Below are positions 8,903 to 18,047 of a stretch of DNA of 64,000 nt, piece after piece. The stretch covers positions 5,056,001 to 5,120,000 of the forward strand of contig OZ250150.1 in the NCBI GenBank assembly GCA_965237675.1, given 5' to 3'. The notes beneath the pieces are model-generated. The model had not been told where the DNA came from, made no database searches, and saw only the letters and a list, made by a program, of their open reading frames with translations. Both the position numbers and the translations under genes were made by a program. Each line of letters starts with the position of its first letter. Positions within the stretch are counted from its first letter, which is position 1. Source of the stretch: Candidatus Latescibacterota bacterium (GTDB taxonomy: Bacteria > Latescibacterota > UBA2968 > GCA-2709665).

Positions 8903-11872
8903 CTACCATCTGGTTTCGTACGTCCGCACGACGCGAAATTGCCGCCCCACCTCAAAGTCGTAAACAAACCCCTTCGAATAGTCCATGTCGTCGACCATTC
9001 CCCTTACGAAATCCACGTTCCCCAGGTCGATCAGCGTTCCGCCCGCCTCCCGGCGGATCTCGTGAATCCGATAAGTCGAATCGCGTTCGTTATCGTTGTC
9101 GATGGAAATGAATCCGCCGTTCAGCGGATCCGCAGGCGGCTCCGCGGAGGTCCAGATTCGGCCCGGCTCGCACGCTTCCACCCTGCCCCGCCACACCCCT
9201 GACGGCTTCCGAATGGATCGTTCCCGGGTGCCCAGTACCGTGCCCCCCACCAGTACGGCCCAACGGGCTTTGCCGTCCACCTCCGAATAGACACCCAAAT
9301 GCCCGTCAAACATGATTCGTCCGTCCACCTGTACGCAAGAAACACCGTCGCCGAAAATCAACGTATCGACACGGCCACCAGGCAGTTGAACCCTCAGTGA
9401 CCTGCCGGGCCCGGATATATCGACCTCTTCGGCGGAACGGACAACACGGCAGCCGTCATAGGCTTCGATCAGACTCAGAAACGTGGAATCAAGCCCGCCG
9501 CCCCCCTCGTGCGAGGCCACCCCGTAGGTCAATCGCCGCGGGTTTCCCGGTTTGTTCTGTGGCGGATCCCCGTGGCACACGGCCACTTCGCCGGGCGGAT
9601 CGAACAGACTCCACCGCAAGTGTACATCGGTCTTCAACGGCGCGCCTGCGGCACGGGAATGGGCCCGGACCTTCCAGGTATCTTTCACCCTCCAGTCCAC
9701 CGATACAACGCTATCGGGCGCAGGGCAACGCCGAACATCGTAGAGATACTGGAAGCCGCTTCCCTTATATCCGGATAAATCCACGACCGTCCCGTCGTAG
9801 AACTCGCCGAAACCGACATCCTCCCCTGCGTAGGTCCCGCGGGCTTGCGGCTGCAAGACCATTCCCGCCGTCTCCACTTCACCCTCTGCCGCATGAAACA
9901 TAAAATGGTGTGAACCCCCGCCGGACACGCGGAAGAGATCGGCGACATAGAAATCCCGTTCCGACACCCGAACCAGAACGCTCCGCCGCCCGTAGGCCGA
10001 ACACTGCGGATATACATCCGTGGACGACACGGAGACGACCTGAACATTGTCTGTCATTCCGACAAAATCGACCTTTCCGGAATAGGTGCCTTTCTGCGGG
10101 CTTCGATCCACCAATACCGTGTTGTGCGAAACCGTGTGATTTGTCCAGCCCGACCGTTTGGGCCAAACGCGGGCGTGTTCGGGATAACCAAGGTCCGGTA
10201 ACAAGTCCAGGCCGAAGGCGTAAAGGCCCAGATTGAGGCGATCCGCGTGCCCATGGCCCATGTTGCGCCCATAATATAGCCACAGCGTCCGTTCGAATTC
10301 CCCCTGGCCGTCGCGCAGCATGGCCAGGCCATATCCCGTCATCACGTCTGAAGACAATCGGAGCGGACCGTGCCTGTCGACCAGCGCCGCGATTTGGGCC
10401 CGTATCCCCTCCGGGTCCGGGTCCGTAATCGCTCCGTGCACCTTTGATAGATCGCCCTCCGCCAGGTGGCTTATCGCCTGCGCCAGTTCGGTGTCGCCGA
10501 ACATCTCAAACCCGTATAGACACTGCTCCATATCCACGCCGGCCAATCCGGGACTGCCTGTACTGCCGCTGTCTCCAATGGAGGGGACATAGCGATTCAG
10601 CGCCGTCAACCGCATAAACGCCAGGTACATCTGGCGGTATCGGGCGAAAACGCCAATCCTGTGGCGCGTATACGACGGCCGTGACCCAAGAATCATCTCC
10701 AGCGACCGCATCCCGAGCGGCCACCTCAGCCATCCGAGACTATATCCCGGCGCGCCCTCCGAACCCACACCATCCCGATCAATCTCACGGGCGAAAAGCA
10801 GAGGAATGTGTCCTCCGGTGGGCTGCCGGCCCATCAGGAATCCCTCCCGAAAGATCCAATCCAACCTTTCATCCGTACGATCGTCGTTCAGTGCGACGGC
10901 CAATAAGGCCATGGTGGCCTGATCGCCTGGCTCGTTATGGTGAATGTCACCCTGCAGGATGGCCTCGACTCCTTCACGCAAGACATGGTTTTCAAAATGA
11001 GCGCACAACGCATCCGCTGTGTCCTGTTCGACCAGGCCATATTGCAGCTGTTTCGCTCCAAGAAATTGAAACAGCGCGTCTTCGTCCTTCCAGGCCGCAC
11101 GCACCAGATCGAAGCACTCGGCAAACGCCTTCAGCAGGCCGGGCTCCCAGATTCGACCGTAAATCCGACCCCGGCCGCTCAGTCCGTCGGAATTGAAGAA
11201 ACCCTGCCGGGCCCAGAACGACCAGTCCATCCCGGGGTAAACGTCCGCGATCCGGGCAAGCAGCACCCCCGCCTTGTGGGCATAAATGCGGTCTCCCGTC
11301 AGCAGAAACGCCTCCCCGAACGCCCTGCAGGCCGAATTGATCTCCGACCAGATCCCATAGTGTGCGTAAACCCCCACCAGTTTGAACGACTCTCCTGCCT
11401 CGTCCCTCCATCCCATCCCGTCGTCTACTGCGAACATGTGCTTCGCATCTTCAGGATCCGGATGGTTGGCGTTAAAGAGAAGCGTCCTATCTGCACGATC
11501 AGGGTGGAATAGCCCGTCTTCGCCGATTCCACTTCGGTAAAATGCCTCGAAATCGTTGGTCGGAAAGCGCCCTTTACACGAGGGACACATGATTTTCCAC
11601 GGATCCGCGATTACATCCACGCTGAAGTGTCCTCCATACCGGTAGATCTCACTGCCGCACTGCGGGCAACCCTTTTCGACGCTCGCATTCGTGCTCCGCC
11701 CGATCGTCTGGCCGGTCACCATCGCCCAAAGCTTGTCGTCGTCAAGACGCGCCCATCGTTGCACCTGCGCCACGGCAGCATCCCGCCGGGCAGCCGCCCA
11801 ATCGAACCGCGACACATTTCGCCGGGCGTTCCTCACCTGCTCCGGCGTCACCAACTGCCCGCCGCCCCTCAT
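8903..11872 (-). CDS. Heparinase II/III family protein (putative polysaccharide lyase)
   Basis: GHGHADRLN...DLGYP and HTVSHNTVLVD motifs; RBS AAGGAGG before ATG 11872; N-terminal CPQC/CPSC. Confidence 0.8.
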   Translation of the reverse strand: MRGGGQLVTPEQVRNARRNVSRFDWAAARRDAAVAQVQRWARLDDDKLWAMVTGQTIGRSTNASVEKGCPQCGSEIYRYGGHFSVDVIADPWKIMCPSCKGRFPTNDFEAFYRSGIGEDGLFHPDRADRTLLFNANHPDPEDAKHMFAVDDGMGWRDEAGESFKLVGVYAHYGIWSEINSACRAFGEAFLLTGDRIYAHKAGVLLARIADVYPGMDWSFWARQGFFNSDGLSGRGRIYGRIWEPGLLKAFAECFDLVRAAWKDEDALFQFLGAKQLQYGLVEQDTADALCAHFENHVLREGVEAILQGDIHHNEPGDQATMALLAVALNDDRTDERLDWIFREGFLMGRQPTGGHIPLLFAREIDRDGVGSEGAPGYSLGWLRWPLGMRSLEMILGSRPSYTRHRIGVFARYRQMYLAFMRLTALNRYVPSIGDSGSTGSPGLAGVDMEQCLYGFEMFGDTELAQAISHLAEGDLSKVHGAITDPDPEGIRAQIAALVDRHGPLRLSSDVMTGYGLAMLRDGQGEFERTLWLYYGRNMGHGHADRLNLGLYAFGLDLLPDLGYPEHARVWPKRSGWTNHTVSHNTVLVDRSPQKGTYSGKVDFVGMTDNVQVVSVSSTDVYPQCSAYGRRSVLVRVSERDFYVADLFRVSGGGSHHFMFHAAEGEVETAGMVLQPQARGTYAGEDVGFGEFYDGTVVDLSGYKGSGFQYLYDVRRCPAPDSVVSVDWRVKDTWKVRAHSRAAGAPLKTDVHLRWSLFDPPGEVAVCHGDPPQNKPGNPRRLTYGVASHEGGGGLDSTFLSLIEAYDGCRVVRSAEEVDISGPGRSLRVQLPGGRVDTLIFGDGVSCVQVDGRIMFDGHLGVYSEVDGKARWAVLVGGTVLGTRERSIRKPSGVWRGRVEACEPGRIWTSAEPPADPLNGGFISIDNDNERDSTYRIHEIRREAGGTLIDLGNVDFVRGMVDDMDYSKGFVYDFEVGRQFRVVRTYETRW

Positions 11873-11970
11873 GCAAACCTCCTTGTTCCGGTCGGATTCA
11901 CGCAAAGTAGAATGCGACAAGATACGCGGGCCCCGCCCGATGATCAACGGTTTTATTGCCGGACGCATCT

Positions 11971-12300
11971 TGACAGCCCGTTGAAAAAGCCCATCCGGGC
12001 TGCGGCCGGCTCTCGTGGCCGAATTACTGCGTTGCGCTCCCTCCTCGAATCCACCGATTCGACTCGGTCGCGCGCCTTGTCTTCGGGCACGATGGCAAGT
12101 GTTCTGTTCCGGAAATAGGTTGCCTAAATTCGGCCGATGAGTCGCCCGGCTGGCAAGGCGCCTGAGCGAGGCGACCTGCGTAAGGTCGGCGAGCGATGGC
12201 AACGCAGCGAGTCGGGATGAATCGTCGGATGAATGGTGACATATTTCTGGGACGGGACACTCTACCTCGCCTGCAGAGCGACTCTATCAACGGACTGTCA
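11971..12300. mobile_element. Composite nested MITE: outer element containing the inner CTAG-family element (~12096-12264)
   Basis: Outer terminal inverted repeats TGACAGCCCGTTGAAAAAG / TGACAGTCCGTTGATAGAG (16/19 match); inner segment homologous to 45718-45885; no transposase. Confidence 0.8.
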
Positions 12301-12390
12301 GCCTGCGGCCCTGCCGATAGGGGTTGACTTGGGATTCTGACCCAACTATCATAACGCCCGTCAGCCGGCCACGCCACGGAGGAGCATTCC

Positions 12391-13794
12391 ATGTCTCACA
12401 ATAGTGTCTTCACGTTCCGTACCCATGGCGGTGTCTGCGCCGGCGAGACATGGATTTACGATCACGAAGAGCCCATCGCGCGCCTCGAAGACAAAGTGAT
12501 CGAACAGCCTGAACAGAACCTGCGCTATTTCAACGGAAACGCCAAACCGGTCAACCTGCGAGACCTGAAGCTGGCCCCCGGGGGCCGCCCGCTTGTGTGC
12601 GGCGTCCAGATGTACTGGGTGTTCCAGCACCGGGTCCTCGCCACCACGAATCTCATCGACATCCGGGCCGCGGGCCAGGAAACCGACCGCCTCGTTCTCA
12701 CGGTGATCACCGCGGACCCGGGAGGCGTGGCCACCTCGCACCGTGTGCTCTCGCTGACATACGACGCCGAATTGGCATCGTATGTTTACGACTTCAAAGC
12801 CCACCTGGATATCCACAGTCCGGAAGCACTTGACCGGGAAGAGACCGTCCACTTCGAGTATTGCGACCCCTGGTACAACGACATCCCCGGACCCACCGTC
12901 GAATTCTCCGGGATGTGGAAAAAACGATACTCGCATCTCCTGGCCGAAACCGGAGACGGCGCCATCTGGCAGATGCCGCTCAACCACATGGCGACCGGCA
13001 TTCCCGGCCCAGGACCGCTCAAGCGCGACGGGGCCCTGGTCCTGGCCTATGATCCCGGGAACAACCCCGCCTTCGAATTCATGGGCGACACCGCCGAACG
13101 TACCTCGGTGGGTGTGTGTAACTGGGGATACGACGTCCATTTCGCGGGTCTCTATACCCGCGACGAACTCTATGCGCCATTGTGTCCGCACTTTCGCATC
13201 CACCTTTGTCCGGACCGGAAGGTGAAGCAAATGATGGCTCGAGCCGAGCCCGTCCCCAAAGTCTCGTACAACGGTTTCGAAGAACTCCCGCTCTACGAAC
13301 GCAAAACCAGTTTCTCCAGTGGCTTGCTGCTCAACAAACCCACCCCGTGCAACACCGACCCCTGGCCCTGGCTACCTGAAGGCGAAGGCGTGGAATGGTG
13401 TAAGGATCACGGACGCTCCGACACGTTCTCCCTTAAAATCAGCAAACTGACAGACGGCCCCACCGAGTGGATTATGGATCGCGAGAGCGAAGGCGCCTGG
13501 ACCGAACGCTGGACCCATTCGACCGGCTTTCGTATTACTATTTACATCAAGACCCGGGACGTTCAGGGGCGGGGCGCCTTTCTGGCCGTACGCTGGGGCG
13601 TCTTCAACGACCCGGAAAGATATCCCTACATTTGCTCACGAAAACTCACCGGTACCAATGACTGGACGCAGGTGAGCGTAGAGATCCTCGGACCGGCTCC
13701 GCCGGACAGCGGGGCCATCTACCTCATCCTGCGCCAGGACGGCCAAGGCACAAGTTGGTTCGACGACCTTTTAGTCAATCATACCACCAACTGA
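12391..13794 (+). CDS. Hypothetical protein with probable C-terminal carbohydrate-binding (CBM4/9-like) module
   Basis: RBS GGAGGAG; C-terminal GRSDTFSLKI...IKTRDVQG...GTNDWTQV...GTSWFDDL pattern. Confidence 0.65.
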   Translation: MSHNSVFTFRTHGGVCAGETWIYDHEEPIARLEDKVIEQPEQNLRYFNGNAKPVNLRDLKLAPGGRPLVCGVQMYWVFQHRVLATTNLIDIRAAGQETDRLVLTVITADPGGVATSHRVLSLTYDAELASYVYDFKAHLDIHSPEALDREETVHFEYCDPWYNDIPGPTVEFSGMWKKRYSHLLAETGDGAIWQMPLNHMATGIPGPGPLKRDGALVLAYDPGNNPAFEFMGDTAERTSVGVCNWGYDVHFAGLYTRDELYAPLCPHFRIHLCPDRKVKQMMARAEPVPKVSYNGFEELPLYERKTSFSSGLLLNKPTPCNTDPWPWLPEGEGVEWCKDHGRSDTFSLKISKLTDGPTEWIMDRESEGAWTERWTHSTGFRITIYIKTRDVQGRGAFLAVRWGVFNDPERYPYICSRKLTGTNDWTQVSVEILGPAPPDSGAIYLILRQDGQGTSWFDDLLVNHTTN

Positions 13795-13979
13795 ACATTT
13801 CCTTTTCAAGTCCGGATGATTTCATTGTCGTTCGACGCAGGGTCGACAATCGTCGAAGAAGGATACGCACACGCCCAGCCCGATCTCCGACCGGTGATGC
13901 CGGACGTGCTCAAACCCGCCGGTTTTCGCAGACGACAGCCGCCGCCAGGAACCCTGGAGTCTTCCAACCGGAACCCGAC

Positions 13980-14897
13980 ATGAGTCGACCTCTCGCGCCA
14001 TCGCCGGTGGGCTTTATCGGCCTGGGCGAAATGGGAAGCGGAATGGCCCGCAATGTGTTGAAAGCGGGGTTTCCGCTACTCGCCTACGACACGAGAAAGG
14101 AACCGCTGGACCGGATCGCGTTGTCCGGCGCACAGCCCGCGGAGGACATACCCCGGATGGCCGGTATATGTGAACGGATCATCCTGATGCTTCCCGATAC
14201 GAGGGCCGTGGAAACCGTGCTCTTCGGAGAAAAAGGCCTTCAACCTCTGCTGAAGGCCGGGCACATCGTCGTCGATTGCGGCACGACACACCCCGATTTC
14301 ACGCGCGAGGCTTCACGAATTCTGGGTGATCTCGGCGTTCATCTCCTGGATGCGCCCTGCTCCGGGATGAGTAGCCGCGCGGCCGATGGAACCCTTACCC
14401 TGATGGTGGGCGGCGACAGAGATGCCTTTTGCGCCGTCCAACCGCTCCTGAATGCCATGGGTTCGTACGTTTTCTACATGGGCGGATCCGGTAACGGCCA
14501 GCTTGCCAAGATCGTTAACAACACCCTCTTCAACATCTCCTGCGCCGCGCTGGCCGAGATGCTTCCACTCGCGGTCAGACTCGGCCTGAGCGCGGAAAAG
14601 ATATGCGACGCTGTGAACACCGGCAGCGGTCAGAGCTACGGTTTCGACACCTTCGCGCCTCTGATCCTCGAACGGGATTTCGAACCCGGTTATCCGATGG
14701 CAAACGCCCGCAAAGATATCGACGCCATCGTCGAGATACTCGAAAGAGAGGGCGTGAGACTGCCTGTGGTCTCCGCCGCCGCCCATACCTTTCGCGCAGC
14801 ACTGGAAAGGGGTCTGGGAAACCTGAACAAAGGCGGAATGATCCACGTCTGGGAAGCGGCTCTGGGCGTTGAAGTCCGAAAGGATCCCCAAAACTGA
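13980..14897 (+). CDS. Beta-hydroxyacid dehydrogenase (3-hydroxyisobutyrate/tartronate semialdehyde reductase family)
   Basis: GFIGLGEMGSGMA, DAPCSG, GTLTLMVGG, KIVNN. Confidence 0.9.
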   Translation: MSRPLAPSPVGFIGLGEMGSGMARNVLKAGFPLLAYDTRKEPLDRIALSGAQPAEDIPRMAGICERIILMLPDTRAVETVLFGEKGLQPLLKAGHIVVDCGTTHPDFTREASRILGDLGVHLLDAPCSGMSSRAADGTLTLMVGGDRDAFCAVQPLLNAMGSYVFYMGGSGNGQLAKIVNNTLFNISCAALAEMLPLAVRLGLSAEKICDAVNTGSGQSYGFDTFAPLILERDFEPGYPMANARKDIDAIVEILEREGVRLPVVSAAAHTFRAALERGLGNLNKGGMIHVWEAALGVEVRKDPQN

Positions 14898-15026
14898 TCC
14901 GCTTTGGGTCATGACCATCGAATGACCGCGGCCCGACGATGCCTTCGCGGTCGGCACATGTGGCAACCGCAGACGTCCCGCAGGCACGCCGTCGACTTTG
15001 ACCGATCCCGCGGCAAGGTCCATTCA

Positions 15027-16295
15027 ATGAAAACCAAAACCGACATCCTCATCATCGGCGGCGGCTCCATCGGCGTTTGTTCCGCGCACTATCTCTCGGA
15101 AGCGGGAAAGGACGTTGTCCTCGTCGACAAAACCGATATCTGCGCGGGCAGTTCCTACGGCAACGCGGGCCTGATTGTCCCCAGCCACAGCATTCCCCTC
15201 GCCGCCCCCGGCGTTATCGGCAAAGCGCTCAAGTGGATGTTCGATCCTGAAAGCCCATTCTACATCAAGCCCCGTCTGGACCTGGAACTCGCCAAATGGC
15301 TGTGGGAATTTCAAGCGGCCTGTACCCCGACGCGCATGCAACCGTCCCTGGCGGTCCTGAGGGATCTCAACCTGACGAGCGTGCAGCTTTTCACGGAAAT
15401 CGCCGCCATCGAAGGCCTGGATTTCGGTTTCGAGAAAAAAGGCGGCCTGATGGTCTATAAGACCGAACAGGGGCTGGACGGAGGCATCAAAGAAGCCGGC
15501 ATTCTGTCGGCAAAGGGAATCCAGACGGAAATACTCGATCCCGGCGACCTGCGAAGACTGGATCCGATGGCCAACTACCACGCCGCGGGCGCCGTGTACT
15601 ATCCACAGGACGCCCACCTCATTCCCGCGAAATTTGTGAGGGAACTCGCGCGTCATATTACCCGAAACAGTGCAAACGTCAGAATTCACCCATCCACCGA
15701 AGTCATCGGCTTCCAGGGCAGGAACCGCCGGATCCAATCGGTCGTCACCACGCGGGGCGAATTCAGTGCGAATGAAGTCGTACTCGCCGGCGGCGCCTGG
15801 TCGCCCGCCATTGCCTCGGAACTCGGCCTGAAACTGCCCATCCAGCCGGCCAAGGGCTACAGCGTCACCTTCGAACGACCGGACCGGTGCCCCACGATTC
15901 CAGCCTCGCTCGCAGAATCCAAAGTGGCCGTTACACCCATGGGCGACATGCTTCGCTTCGGCGGCACCCTGGAACTGGCCGGGATGGACCTTTCCATCAA
16001 TAAACGGCGCGTGGCAGCCATTCTCAATGCCGTTCCTCGTTACCTGCCCGACCTGAACCCGAACAACCTGAAACATATCGAAACCTGGCGCGGCCTCCGG
16101 CCCTGTACTCCAGACGGTCTGCCGTTTCTGGGCCGCAGCCGAACCTACAAGAACCTTACCGTTGCCGCCGGACATGCGATGATCGGGGTCTCGCTGGGAC
16201 CCATCACCGGCAGACTGGTCTCACAGGTGGTCACCGGCCAGACTCCCGCGATTGACCTTGGCCCCCTGCGCGTGGACAGATTCGAAAATAAATAA
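15027..16295 (+). CDS. D-amino acid dehydrogenase (DadA/DAO family FAD oxidoreductase)
   Basis: IIGGGSIG, SSYGNAG, PAKGYS, GLRPCTPDGLP, GHAMIG. Confidence 0.9.
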   Translation: MKTKTDILIIGGGSIGVCSAHYLSEAGKDVVLVDKTDICAGSSYGNAGLIVPSHSIPLAAPGVIGKALKWMFDPESPFYIKPRLDLELAKWLWEFQAACTPTRMQPSLAVLRDLNLTSVQLFTEIAAIEGLDFGFEKKGGLMVYKTEQGLDGGIKEAGILSAKGIQTEILDPGDLRRLDPMANYHAAGAVYYPQDAHLIPAKFVRELARHITRNSANVRIHPSTEVIGFQGRNRRIQSVVTTRGEFSANEVVLAGGAWSPAIASELGLKLPIQPAKGYSVTFERPDRCPTIPASLAESKVAVTPMGDMLRFGGTLELAGMDLSINKRRVAAILNAVPRYLPDLNPNNLKHIETWRGLRPCTPDGLPFLGRSRTYKNLTVAAGHAMIGVSLGPITGRLVSQVVTGQTPAIDLGPLRVDRFENK

Positions 16296-16514
16296 GAAGC
16301 CGACACGGACAACGGTTCAGAGTACAAGGATGCGAGCCGCCCTGACTTTCGGCGCGTTCCATTGTACCTGGACGATCGGGAACGAAGTTACTTCCGGGTA
16401 ATCTGATTGGACGTATATCGACGCCGACGTTTCGCAGGCAAACCCGACCGCGAACGATCCCAACGCAACGGCCGAAGCGCTCATCCGAACCAATCATCAA
16501 ACGAAAGGTCGCGT

Positions 16515-17993
16515 ATGCCCGAATTCATTCGTTCCGACAAGCCCAATGTGCTGCTGATCTGCACGGACCACTGGAGCGGAATGCTGACCGGCGAGGCGGG
16601 GCACCCCGTTGTCACGACGCCGACGATCGATCACCTCGCCCGGTGTGGCGTCACCTACACCCATGCCTATTCCGCGTGCCCCTCCTGCATACCCGCCCGA
16701 CGCTCCCTGATGACCGGCATGAGCCCGAGGGCGAACGGAATGCGCTCCTATGCCGAAGGCGTGGACTTTCCCGACCCACCCACCGTCGCACAATGCTTTC
16801 GCGATGCAGGTTATCAGGCGTACGCCGTGGGGAAACTGCACGTGTACCCACAACGCCGCCGGGTCGGCTTCGATGACGTCCTTTTGGAGGAGCAAGGCCG
16901 CCACATTCATCATGATATTCCCGACGGGATGGCCGATGATTACGAACTCTTCCTGGCAGAACAGGGTTACGGAGGGCAGGAATACGCGGGCGGCATGACC
17001 CAGAACGATTACATCGCACGTGCCTGGCACCTGCCCGAGTACTGCCACCCGATCAATTGGGCGGCAAGAGAGATGTGCAAAACCATTCGCCGGAGGGATC
17101 CGCGAAAACCCGGCTTCTGGTACCTCTCCTTTTCCGCGCCGCATCCGCCCATGACGCCGCTGCAGGCCTACATGGAACTCTACCGGGATGCGCCCCTCGA
17201 CGAACCGGCCACGGGTAACTGGTCGGAAAACTTCGATGACCTGCCTTACCATATCAAAACACTCACCAACCCCGACAACCTCGCGATGGCACGCGCCAAA
17301 CAACACGAATGGGAATTTTCCCGGCGCGCCTACTACGCTACGCTAACCCATATCGACCATCAGATCCGGATCGTAATCGGATACCTGCGGGAATGCGGGC
17401 TTCTGGACAACACCATCGTCGTCTTCACGAGCGACCACGGTCACATGGTCGGCGAACACGGCCTGTGGTGTATGACGCCGTTCTACGAAATGTCGGCCAA
17501 GATTCCGCTGGTCATGATGCCAGTGAAGGACGACTCTCGTCTTCCCGGCGGAACGCGGGACGACCGTCTGGCCGAGTTTGGGGACATCATGCCCACCTTG
17601 CTGGACCTGGCGGGCATCCCCATACCGGATCACGTCGACCGGCAGAGCCTCGCCGGCGACCGGCGTCGCGACGAACTCTACGGCGAACACGGCGAAGGAT
17701 CCGCGGCCATGCGAATGATACACGACGGGCGATTCAAACTCATCTATTATCCCGTGGGCAACCAGGCCCAGCTTTTCGACATCGCCAACGACCCGCGGGA
17801 AACGCGAGACCTCGCCGGCGACACCGGCCACGCAGACACACTGAACAGACTCAAAGAACGCCTCGTAAAAAACCTCTACGGCGAAGATCTCAACTGGCTG
17901 AAAAACGGCGAACTCGTCGGCCTGCCCGCCAGGCAATACATACCCGCGCCCTCGCGCGCGATGCGCGGCCAGCGCGGCCTTCGGTTCATGTAA
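16515..17993 (+). CDS. Sulfatase (Cys-type, formylglycine-dependent)
   Basis: CIPARRSLMTG (CxPxR), GKLH, PHPP, SDHG. Confidence 0.92.
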   Translation: MPEFIRSDKPNVLLICTDHWSGMLTGEAGHPVVTTPTIDHLARCGVTYTHAYSACPSCIPARRSLMTGMSPRANGMRSYAEGVDFPDPPTVAQCFRDAGYQAYAVGKLHVYPQRRRVGFDDVLLEEQGRHIHHDIPDGMADDYELFLAEQGYGGQEYAGGMTQNDYIARAWHLPEYCHPINWAAREMCKTIRRRDPRKPGFWYLSFSAPHPPMTPLQAYMELYRDAPLDEPATGNWSENFDDLPYHIKTLTNPDNLAMARAKQHEWEFSRRAYYATLTHIDHQIRIVIGYLRECGLLDNTIVVFTSDHGHMVGEHGLWCMTPFYEMSAKIPLVMMPVKDDSRLPGGTRDDRLAEFGDIMPTLLDLAGIPIPDHVDRQSLAGDRRRDELYGEHGEGSAAMRMIHDGRFKLIYYPVGNQAQLFDIANDPRETRDLAGDTGHADTLNRLKERLVKNLYGEDLNWLKNGELVGLPARQYIPAPSRAMRGQRGLRFM

Positions 17994-18047
17994 CCGGCGT
18001 CGCCGGAAGGCGCACCCGTCGCGGTCAGTCACCGGAAGGAGCCATGC

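Noticed and set aside
11873-12202. N-terminal extension making the heparinase-like ORF 1099 aa
   Set aside because: It runs through the nested MITE; a strong RBS precedes ATG 11872
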